NCBI RefSeq assembly: GCF_035594765.1 | Contig: NC_085842.1 | Span: forward strand, 92,790,782-92,854,781 | Length of the DNA stretch: 64,000 bases | DNA from: Anolis carolinensis | Taxonomy: Eukaryota | Direction of reading: 5' to 3' | Shown: positions 53,207-61,936 of the stretch, piece by piece | Position numbering within the stretch: position 1 is the first letter of the stretch | Layout: every line of letters begins with the position of its first letter | The notes under the pieces: generated by a model | Told to the model about the DNA's origin: nothing | What the model saw: only the letters and a program-made list of their open reading frames with translations | Databases searched by the model: none | Made by a program: the position numbers and the translations under genes

Positions 53207-53217
53207 AAGTCGAGAAT
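53207..53217 (+). promoter_or_regulatory. Primer-binding site complementary to the element's own 5' end (self-priming type)
   Basis: AAGTCGAGAAT is the exact reverse complement of ATTCTCGACTT at 53101-53111; there is no TGG tRNA-type PBS. Confidence 0.85.
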
Positions 53218-53256
53218 CCCGTTCTCACCCTCCTGCGGATTCGCAGTGAAGTGAAG

Positions 53257-56200
53257 ATGAGTGGAGAGGGCGATCAAAGCCCAAATGGAGCAGGGAGGCC
53301 TTTGCCAGGGGCCCGGCCGTTGGGGGAAGAAACGCTGCAAGCCATCGCTTCCTCTACGGGGTACCCCAGGCCGAACGGCGTGACCCAGAGGATTCCCAGA
53401 GGAGGAAGAGGCGTCTCGGCAGCTGCAGAAACCAGTTGGGGATCTGGAGGGAGCATGCCGGAGACCGTGGCCCTGCGGTTATCCATCTTGGAGACTAATT
53501 TGTCCAGGCTGTCGGGAACCGTGGGGAGATTGGTGCCACTATTGGAAGAGAATCTCCAGAAGGAGCCCCTCCGATATGGCGCCGAGAGAGAGCCAAGTAA
53601 AGAAGAGGCTTGGAGCCAGAAGGGCCAGCGCACCTCGACGCAGAGCCCCGTGGTGGCGAGGGGCGAGGGGGATGAGGAATACTGGCAGGAGCTCGAGTTC
53701 CGGGACAGAATGGCGCGCGAGGTGGAGCGCCAGCAAGCTCTGGGAACTCTGAGGCCGCCAACTCCAACAGGACTCCCAACCCCCCGAATGGGCGTCGGGG
53801 TGGAAAGACCACTGGGACCAGGGATCGGGTCCAGTGGATGGGCGGATGAAGAAGAGGAGGAGGATGTGCCGTACGACGAAGGAAGGCGAGGTGCGGGGGC
53901 TACAGCGAGGCCCGCATTCGGATGGGTGGAAGGGCCAACAGCAGCGGCAGAATTTCGGGAGCCGCGGGGAACGACCGCCGGGATGGGGCGCGGCGTGTTC
54001 AAAGGGGCCGTCCAAGGAAACCCGATGCAACCCTTCCCCATACCTCCCATACAGCATCAACGGGCCGCAGAATGGATGCATAGGAGGGAAGAGCTCAAAC
54101 TGGAATACGGAGGGGAATCATCTGAACTGGACTTTTTCCTCATTGGCATCAGAGGATACATGGAGGACAATGCACACACATTCCCCTCCGAAGGAAGCAT
54201 GGTTCGGGCCATCGGCAACACACTAAAGAGAGGAGCGGCCAGCTGGTATGTGCAACTACATGCCAGACGCGACCCGTGCTTGAGGTCAGTGCCCCGCTTC
54301 CTCGCCGCACTGGAAAACCGGTTCAGAGACCGGCTAGAGCAATTGAGGGCTCGAGACCAGCTTAAAGGAATAAAGCAGAGGGATAAAACGGTGCCCGAGT
54401 ACGCAGAGGAATTCCTCCATCTCGCGGAAGGGGTGCCAGAGTGGTCTGAAGTGACCAAAGTGGAGATATTCAAAGAGGGACTACGCCCCGAGGTTTTTAG
54501 TTGGGCAGCGCACAGAGACGACCCAGAGACACTACAGGGCTGGATACAACTGGCGGGGCGCGTCGAATCCACCCTGGCCCAAGTAAAGCGCTTCCGGAGC
54601 GGTGGCGGCGGCGGCCAGCAAAGACCGGTAGCGAGGGGTCGAGGGGAAACGAGGAAGCAGGAAAAGCCCGGAGGGAGGCCGGGGATCCCCTTCAAAGGAG
54701 ATGACAACAGACCCAAGCCGGGATGCTTTGTATGTGGGAAGACGGGCCATCGAGCAGCAGAATGTTGGGCCCGGAAGGGGGAACCGCCAAAACCCTCAAA
54801 GCCCAAGCCAGCAGCCGGGAGACGAGCGGAGGAGGAGGTGCGAGCCCCAGAATCTCCGGAGAGGCTGGTGAGTCAAGACAAACGCATGCTGGTAGTGCCA
54901 ATCTGCCTATCGGGGTTAGAGAATCGGGCCACCTGCAGGGCATTCGTGGATTGCGGTTGTTCCAGGAACATTATAACTCCGGAATTAGCAGGAGCACTAA
55001 AATGCCAGCAGACGCTGCTTGACTCCCCGATTGCATTTTCGCAGCTAGATGGATCAGTTGCTGCTGGGGAAGTATCTACGAAGGAAATACGGGGGGTCCC
55101 ATGTAAAATAGGCAAATGGGAAGGAAGAATATCCTTTGTGATAGCCCCTATTGCCACATACAATGTCATACTAGGGATCCCATGGCTCGAACAGACAAAT
55201 CCCGAAATAGATTGGAGAGGAAAGAGCCTGGCATTTAAAGAGCAACAAACACAATGGGAGATAAGTAAAATAGCAGGAGAGGAGGACGAGGAAGATGAAG
55301 CAGGGGAAATAGACCCACAGCTATTGCCACCTGAATACAGAGACTTTGTGGATGTTTTCAATCAGAAAGAGGCAAGTAAATTACCTCCCAAGAGGAATAT
55401 AGAAGTAGAAATTGAAATAACCCCAGGAGCAAACTTACCAAAACCAAAAGTGTATCCCATGTCTGTTCAGGAGAAGGAGGAATTAAGGAAATATATTGAT
55501 AAGAACCTGGCGCGAGGCTTCATTAAGCCATCCAACTCACCTCTTGGAGCCCCAGTGTTATTTAGGAGAAAGAAAGACAACTCTTTAAGATTGTGTATTG
55601 ACTATCGAAATTTAAATGCAATTACTAAGGACAATAAATACCCTATGCCCTTAGTAAAGGATTTGATTACCGTATTGAAGAAAGGGAGCATATTTACTAA
55701 ACTGGATTTAATCGAAGCGTACCATAAATTAAGAATCAAACCCGAGGATACTTGGAAAACTGCATTTTCCTGCGCATTCGGCCATTTTGAATATTTAATT
55801 TTACCATTCGGATTAAAATACGGCGGCGGTTGCTTTATGCAGCTCATAAATGAAATACTGCACCCACTGTTGTACCGAGGAGTATTCATATTTCTGGATG
55901 ACATCCTGATCGTGAGCGAAGATAAAGAAAAGCACGTGGAATTGGTCCGGGAAGTTTTGCAAAGACTAAGGGAAGCAAAGCTATATGCAAAACTATCCAA
56001 ATGTGAATTCAATAAAACTCAAATTGACTTTCTGGGGTACCGGATATCTCCAGAAGGGTTAGCTATGGACCCGTCTAAAGTATCAGACGTAAAAGAATGG
56101 GGAATACCTCAAACAAGGAGGCAATTGCAATCATTTCTGGGATTTGCAAATTTTTATAGATCGTTCATAAAAGGCTTTGCGCAAATAACCGCACCCCTTA

Positions 56201-58059
56201 CTGAACTTTTAAAAACAAAAGGGAAAGGGGAGACAGCAAAGGTGAAAGCTCCTGGCGCCAAACTGAGTTGGACGCCAGAATGCCAAAAGGCATTTGAAAC
56301 CCTAAAAGGACGCTTCACAGAAGAACCTGTCCTAAAACACCCCGATATCCGGAGCCCTTTCATAATTCATTGTGATGCTTCAGACTGTGCATACGGGGCA
56401 GCACTATTGCAAAAAGATCAAAATGGGAACTTAAAACCTTGTGGATATTTGTCTCGGAAGTTCAGTGAAACTGAAAAATGTTGGCCCATATGGGAAAAAG
56501 AAGCATTAGCCATATTAAAAGCCTTAGAATGCTGGCGGCACTTCCTCGAAGGGAGTGGAATCCCATTTGAAATTTGGTCTGATCATAAGAACCTCCAGTA
56601 CTTAAAATCTCCTCGAAAATTGTCCCCTAAACAAATTAGATGGGCACACTACTTTAGCAGGTTCGATTTCCAATTAAAGTTTTTCCAAGGGAAACAGAAT
56701 GTCTTGGCAGATGCTCTTTCACGCATGCCACAGCACGAGGGCACAACCACAACAAAAGAGGGAACATTATTTTCCGATAAACAATGGGGTTTAGCTGTCA
56801 GAACAAGAGCGCAGACCCAAAGAGAGAACAATGCTACTGTCGAATTTGACAAGGAAAATAGTTGGGGAAAAGAACTGAGACAGTCATACGAAGGAGATCA
56901 GTGGATCGCATCCAACGCAGAAAAGGGGGAGCAGAAGGGAGGATTTTGGTTTGTGAACAAGAAACTGTATATCCCAGCAATATTAAGGATTAAGATTTTG
57001 CATCGTTTTCACAATAACCAGAGCGCTGGTCATACAGGGATTACAAAAACAACAAAGGCGATAGCAAAACATTGTTGGTGGCCAGGGATGAGGAAGGACA
57101 TAAAGAATCATGTTATTCAATGTGATGATTGTGCCAGAAATAAACCGAGAGGAGGGAAGCCAATGGGGCTATTACAAACAGTAGCAGAACCTACCAGACC
57201 TTGGGAATGTGTAGCTATGGACTTTGTGGGGGAACTGCCGGTTAGCAAGGGACATCGTTATATTTGGACGGTATTAGACCTGTTTTCTAAACAGGCCCAC
57301 TTTATAGCACTGACGAAACTACCATCGGCAGAGAAACTGGCTGAATTGTATATAAACCATATTTATAAAATTCATGGATGTCCCAGTAGAGTGGTCAGTG
57401 ACAGAGGGGTTCAGTTCACAGCAAAATTCTGGGAAAAATTCTTGGAAATGCTAGGAGCAGAAAGGAGTCTAAGTTCTGCTTTTCACACCATGACAAATGG
57501 GGCAGTAGAACGTACTCAACAGACACTTGGGCAGTTCCTTCGCATGTACTCTAACTTGAGACAAAATGACTGGTCTAAGTGGCTGGCCTTCGCAGAACTG
57601 GCTTTTAATTCGACTATACACTCCGCAACAAATAAAACCCCCTTTGAAGTAGTTTACGGGTATGAAATACAGCCTCTGCCCCAATTGCCAAGATGGACAG
57701 AGAATGAAGAAACGGGGGCAGGGAAATGGAAAACTCAAATGCTAGAATGTTGGAGTCAAGTAACTGCCTCCTTAAAGGAAGCACACAAAAAGTATAAGAC
57801 ATTCGCAGACAGAAAAAGGATGGAAGGCGATAAATTGGAGAAAGGAGATTTAGTGTGGTTAAGTACACAAAACATCAAGTTGGGGCTACCTTCGAGAAAA
57901 CTGGGCCCCAAATATATTGGACCATTCAGAATACAGGGTGTTATAAACGAAGTGACTTTCCAATTGGCATTGCCAAAAAGTTTGGGGAAAATACACCCAG
58001 TGTTCCATCGCAGTTTACTGAAAAAGTATATGGGTACTTTGGACAAAACGGACACATAG
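53257..58059 (+). CDS. gag-pol: Gag-Pol polyprotein, 1600 aa from the first ATG: Gag capsid, CCHC knuckle, aspartic protease, RT, RNase H, integrase
   Basis: CFVCGKTGHRAAEC; FVDCGCS; LRLCIDYRNLN; FLDDILI; CDASD..EKEALA..DHKNL; H..GH..CDDC; MDF..SDRG..NGAVER; GPF motif. Domain order PR-RT-RH-IN; no stops or frameshifts. Confidence 0.96.
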   Translation: MSGEGDQSPNGAGRPLPGARPLGEETLQAIASSTGYPRPNGVTQRIPRGGRGVSAAAETSWGSGGSMPETVALRLSILETNLSRLSGTVGRLVPLLEENLQKEPLRYGAEREPSKEEAWSQKGQRTSTQSPVVARGEGDEEYWQELEFRDRMAREVERQQALGTLRPPTPTGLPTPRMGVGVERPLGPGIGSSGWADEEEEEDVPYDEGRRGAGATARPAFGWVEGPTAAAEFREPRGTTAGMGRGVFKGAVQGNPMQPFPIPPIQHQRAAEWMHRREELKLEYGGESSELDFFLIGIRGYMEDNAHTFPSEGSMVRAIGNTLKRGAASWYVQLHARRDPCLRSVPRFLAALENRFRDRLEQLRARDQLKGIKQRDKTVPEYAEEFLHLAEGVPEWSEVTKVEIFKEGLRPEVFSWAAHRDDPETLQGWIQLAGRVESTLAQVKRFRSGGGGGQQRPVARGRGETRKQEKPGGRPGIPFKGDDNRPKPGCFVCGKTGHRAAECWARKGEPPKPSKPKPAAGRRAEEEVRAPESPERLVSQDKRMLVVPICLSGLENRATCRAFVDCGCSRNIITPELAGALKCQQTLLDSPIAFSQLDGSVAAGEVSTKEIRGVPCKIGKWEGRISFVIAPIATYNVILGIPWLEQTNPEIDWRGKSLAFKEQQTQWEISKIAGEEDEEDEAGEIDPQLLPPEYRDFVDVFNQKEASKLPPKRNIEVEIEITPGANLPKPKVYPMSVQEKEELRKYIDKNLARGFIKPSNSPLGAPVLFRRKKDNSLRLCIDYRNLNAITKDNKYPMPLVKDLITVLKKGSIFTKLDLIEAYHKLRIKPEDTWKTAFSCAFGHFEYLILPFGLKYGGGCFMQLINEILHPLLYRGVFIFLDDILIVSEDKEKHVELVREVLQRLREAKLYAKLSKCEFNKTQIDFLGYRISPEGLAMDPSKVSDVKEWGIPQTRRQLQSFLGFANFYRSFIKGFAQITAPLTELLKTKGKGETAKVKAPGAKLSWTPECQKAFETLKGRFTEEPVLKHPDIRSPFIIHCDASDCAYGAALLQKDQNGNLKPCGYLSRKFSETEKCWPIWEKEALAILKALECWRHFLEGSGIPFEIWSDHKNLQYLKSPRKLSPKQIRWAHYFSRFDFQLKFFQGKQNVLADALSRMPQHEGTTTTKEGTLFSDKQWGLAVRTRAQTQRENNATVEFDKENSWGKELRQSYEGDQWIASNAEKGEQKGGFWFVNKKLYIPAILRIKILHRFHNNQSAGHTGITKTTKAIAKHCWWPGMRKDIKNHVIQCDDCARNKPRGGKPMGLLQTVAEPTRPWECVAMDFVGELPVSKGHRYIWTVLDLFSKQAHFIALTKLPSAEKLAELYINHIYKIHGCPSRVVSDRGVQFTAKFWEKFLEMLGAERSLSSAFHTMTNGAVERTQQTLGQFLRMYSNLRQNDWSKWLAFAELAFNSTIHSATNKTPFEVVYGYEIQPLPQLPRWTENEETGAGKWKTQMLECWSQVTASLKEAHKKYKTFADRKRMEGDKLEKGDLVWLSTQNIKLGLPSRKLGPKYIGPFRIQGVINEVTFQLALPKSLGKIHPVFHRSLLKKYMGTLDKTDT

Positions 58060-58103
58060 AGTTATTGTTTGATTTGTTTCAGAATTGTGATGAGAGAAAC
58101 ACC

Positions 58104-58134
58104 GAAGAGGAGGATGAAGGAAAAGGGGGCGCCA
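58104..58134 (+). promoter_or_regulatory. Polypurine tract
   Basis: GAAGAGGAGGATGAAGGAAAAGGGGG just before the 3' LTR. Confidence 0.85.
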
Positions 58135-58506
58135 TGTCATGGAACCAAGTCCCAGGGCTGAATTTCCAAGCCCTGGACTTGGAGTCATAACATAAATAAT
58201 CCTGGATGTCTCATGGAAGCACCTGGCAGAAGAAGATAGAAGAGCCTGGGAACTCGGGGTTGAAAGTATAAACAATTATAATTGGTAGAGTGTGTGGGGA
58301 TAGTAGAAATGTGATACAGGGGGTGGGATTTGGTGATGATATTTACGTGTGGTGTGACGTTGCAACAAAGGTGATAAAAATGGTTGTATGTAAACATTAG
58401 GTCATTCTCGACTTTTTCAAAGTCATGTATTCTTCAATAAAGATTGCATTTGAGAGCAGCTATCTTTGATCTGCGTTCAGACTGGTCTTTTGAAGTGAGC
58501 CCGACA
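58135..58506 (+). repeat. 3' LTR, 372 bp
   Basis: Direct repeat of 52832-53203. Confidence 0.97.
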
Positions 58507-59741
58507 TTTATTACTATCATTACTATTATTATTTGTATTATTATTATTATTGTGTTGCTGTGAACTGTGAAAATGAAGACAATCTCGCTCCAAGCATTCA
58601 AAAACACTAAAATCAGAATATATAAAAATTACTGTGGTATAATAAAACACAACAATACAATCTCTAAAATCAGAACACTACATAAAGAACAACACTCTGA
58701 AAACAGGGGAATTCCACACAGGAAACAATCAGGGCCAGCTAACACCTCCCAACAAAAAAATCCCATCACCAAAGTCTGGCAAATCCTGTTTTCTAAGGGC
58801 CACAGACTTTTTTTGGACTGTATGCGCTCAAGCACTGCATATGGCTACTTCTTCATCTACACAGACAGTAGAAGCACATAAAATATCACAAAGAACACCA
58901 CTCTTGAAACAAGGGAATTCCAGACAGGAAACCATCAGGACTAGCTAACACCTCCCAACAAAAAATTCCCTCAGGTAGGAAGCACCCAGGCTTTAAAGCT
59001 GCAAGACCATTACATGCTAATCATTTTGCCTAATTGCTGCATTCATACTTGCCTCCAACAGACAAATTTGAGAGAGGAGAAAGCAGATCCATGAAGTTTT
59101 GCAAACTCAATTTCTCCCCCACCTCACCAAACCCACTTAACATGTTTCTTTTTCTCTCTCCTTTATACTCTCATCTTCCTAATGCCCTCCTCTTTCTTCA
59201 ATCTATTTTAGCATTTTGTAACTTACATCTTATGAACCCTAAGGCTGTGAGACTAATAAGAAGGAGACAGTAAGTTTGGGGGGAAAGACTCTGAGAATTA
59301 GGCTTTGGGAGAAGAGCTGTCTAGCCAATGTAAAATCTGTTGGCTTTTTATGTGTCTTTTTCATTAAATTATTAATTTAATGCTGAAATTCCAACTTCAA
59401 GCAACCACTTCAGTTATTTTAAATCAATTAACTTGCTCTTACTTTATTTGAAAATGTTCAACTTAACTAATAATTTAAAGGTTAATCAGTTGGTTGGCTT
59501 GTTAGTTAGAGCCCATCTTTAAATTCTGTCATTCCTGCAGGTCTAGAGAGCAGTATCAGGCAGGCAGTGAGCAATGAAAAATAAGTTGTCCATTGCCATA
59601 AGAATGATGCGAATGGCAGGTTGGACCTTTAATGGAACTTTTGGTTTTGGGCCAGTTATGCTACCCCAAAAGATTACAGAGGAGAGAAAGAATCAGCACA
59701 TCTTAAAAGTTTCATTTTTCTAATAATGTCCTGATTTCACC

Positions 59742-59786
59742 GAATCATAGAGTTGGAAGAGACCAGAAGGACCATCCAGCTCAACC
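59742..59786 (-). mobile_element. CR1 LINE 3' tail remnant
   Basis: GAATCATAGAGTTGGAAGAGACC..CCATCCAG..CAACC resembles a reversed CR1 3' terminus. Confidence 0.6.
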
Positions 59787-59796
59787 ACCAAACTCT

Positions 59797-59798
59797 AT

Positions 59799-59845
<47 letters not shown>

Positions 59846-59900
59846 CATCATTTCTACCCCACCCTTCTCACCCATAGGGACTCAGGGCAGCTTACAACAA
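59797..59900 (-). mobile_element. L2-type 3' tail with (TTTA)n
   Basis: (TTTA)n then CCCTTCTCACCC..GGGACTCAGGGC. Confidence 0.7.
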
Positions 59901-59934
59901 ACTGATTGTATTCAGTTTGGGATACAATTAGATA

Positions 59935-60257
59935 CAGTAGAGTCTCACTTATCCAAGCTAAATGGGCTGGCAGAAGCTTGGATAAACGAATATCTTGGAT
60001 AATAAGGAGGGATTAAGGAAAAGCCTATTAAACATCAAATTAGGTTATGATTTTACAAATTAAGCACCAAAACATCATGTTATACAACAAATTTGACAGA
60101 AAAAGTAGTGTAATAGGCAGTAATGTTATGTTGTAATTACTGTATTTACGAATTTAGCACCAAAATATCATTATATATTGAAAACATTGATGACAAAAAT
60201 GTCTTGGATAATCCAGAAGCTTGGATAAGCGAGGCTTGGATAAGTAAGACTCTACTG
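59935..60257. mobile_element. Tigger/pogo-like MITE, complete copy
   Basis: Both TIRs present with TA flanks. Confidence 0.9.
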
Positions 60258-60391
60258 TATAAAGTATTATTTCTCTGGTAATTTCTTTTGCAACTGTCTT
60301 TGGGGCACAGTCTGTCTGGGCTTTTTTGAAAACTAAAATATCTCTCCTTCAGGAGAGATAAAGTAGGGTATAAATGAATATAGTACTACTA

Positions 60392-60809
60392 CCGTGTTTC
60401 CCCGAAAATAAGACAGTGTCTTATATTAATTTTTGCACCCAGAAATGCGCTAGGTCTTATTTTCAGGGGATGTCTTATTTTTCCATGAAGAAGTATTCAC
60501 ATTTATTGTTGAACAAAAAATGAACATTTATTATATACTGTACAGTAGTTGTCATCACAAACCAGCATAACCTGACAAATTGTGAATCCTATCAAAAATT
60601 TCTTGTTACTACCAATATTTTCATGTACAACACTCTATGCTACGTACATTTACTGATCCTGTATGCTCTGGTTTTCTGTTTGGCGGGCATGCTTCCAAAC
60701 AAAAACTTTGCTAGGTCTTACTTTCAGGGGAGGCCTTATATTTAGCAATTCAGCAAAACCTCTACTAGGTCTTATTTTCTGGGGATGTCTTATTTTAGGG
60801 AAAACAGGG
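60392..60809. mobile_element. Tc2-like MITE inserted in a TAC/TAG microsatellite
   Basis: Same family as 8866-9265; TA flanks. Confidence 0.88.
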
Positions 60810-61461
60810 TACTACTACTAGTAGTAGTAGTAGTAGTAGTAATAATAAATTAGACGGAGTCCTTATATTCAGTTTATATTGTATTACATTAGTTCCATTA
60901 TTTCCAATGATACTTTCTCTGAGTATCAGATTTTGATTGCTCTGTTCTCTTAATGTGGGGGAAATGACATTTACAGGAAGGCACCCCCTCTGTCCAGGAT
61001 GCTATCATCAGTGAAATAATAATGTTTAAAGTTGTTTTGCCCTTTCTAATTGAAATCTGTGTGACCTAGTTCTGCTCAATAATTTGGGATGTGTGTTTCA
61101 ATCACATAATACCATGTTTGTTGTCTCAAAAAATGCATAAGCTGGTTTAATTCTCACAGTTTAGGGCTTGCTTTGACATCCTCATATCTAAGCAGCTTTT
61201 TACCTATTAAATAATATATCTGAACAATCTTTTCTCACTGGATATTTTCTTCCAGGTTTGAGCGGTGGGTCAACAATAGTCTTTCATCTTTTGGCACATT
61301 TTTCAGACACTCTTTTTCTGAGAACATCATCCTGGCAGCCTTTGATCACTGCAGGACTATCAGAAAGCTCTTACTTTCCACTCAGAAATGTTCCATAATG
61401 GACAGAGATTCAAGAGAGCTCAATTCACAGACAACCTACTTCCTCTTTTCTGCTCTGATGC

Positions 61462-61667
61462 TTGTTGTTTCTGAATTTTGGTGACCCAAAGTCAAACTTA
61501 TAGCAGGGTTTTCTTGGTAAGATTTGTTCAGACAGAGATTGCATTCCTCTTTTTCTAAAGGTGAAAGGCTGTGACTTGCCCAAGGTCACACAGTGGGTTT
61601 CCATGGCTGTCTGGGGATTTGAATGATGGTCTGCAGAGTACAGAGTACAGAGTCCACTACACTACAC
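61462..61667 (-). mobile_element. tRNA-derived SINE (Squam3-like), degenerate
   Basis: GTGACTTGCCCAAGGTCAC..GGGGATTTGAA (reversed B box); similar to the 33160 copy. Confidence 0.6.
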
Positions 61668-61894
61668 AAATTCTACAGCGGCACGATCCAAAACCACTAT
61701 ATTTGTGACAGGGGGTCAGTTCACTATAGATTATGCCTTTTGGGAAACCTTTCCAAAGCAGCTATCCTAATGATAGAGGAAGAAAGTCTGATAAGAATTC
61801 TTCAATAGTCATTGATGTAAAGAACACTTCCTGTTACAGTGTCTGCTTTCCATGAAACAATTTTTATTCTAACCTAGCTATATGTATGTGTGTG

Positions 61895-61936
<42 letters not shown>

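Larger units (their letters stand above)
52832..58506 (+). mobile_element. Full-length Ty3/Gypsy LTR retrotransposon (Tf1/sushi-related), 5675 bp
   Basis: Two 372-bp TG..CA LTRs, one uninterrupted gag-pol ORF, a PPT, and a 5-bp TSD TTATT (one extra T at the right junction). Confidence 0.97.
51773..59066 (+). mobile_element. Composite non-autonomous Helitron-like element, 3' end not found, interrupted by the Gypsy element
   Basis: Starts A|TCTATATATATAAA; contains Harbinger-like MITE pieces, a full Tigger-like MITE and three copies of a Penelope-like module; sequence is continuous across the Gypsy TSD. Confidence 0.6.

Noticed and set aside
53274-55361. Long antisense ORFs (258, 249, 180 and 162 aa) over gag and protease
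   Set aside because: Expected shadow frames of a GC-rich coding region; no motifs.
61256-61483. Acceptor-like TTCTTCCAG followed by an open frame
   Set aside because: Peptide not recognisable, no donor, and it runs into a SINE.
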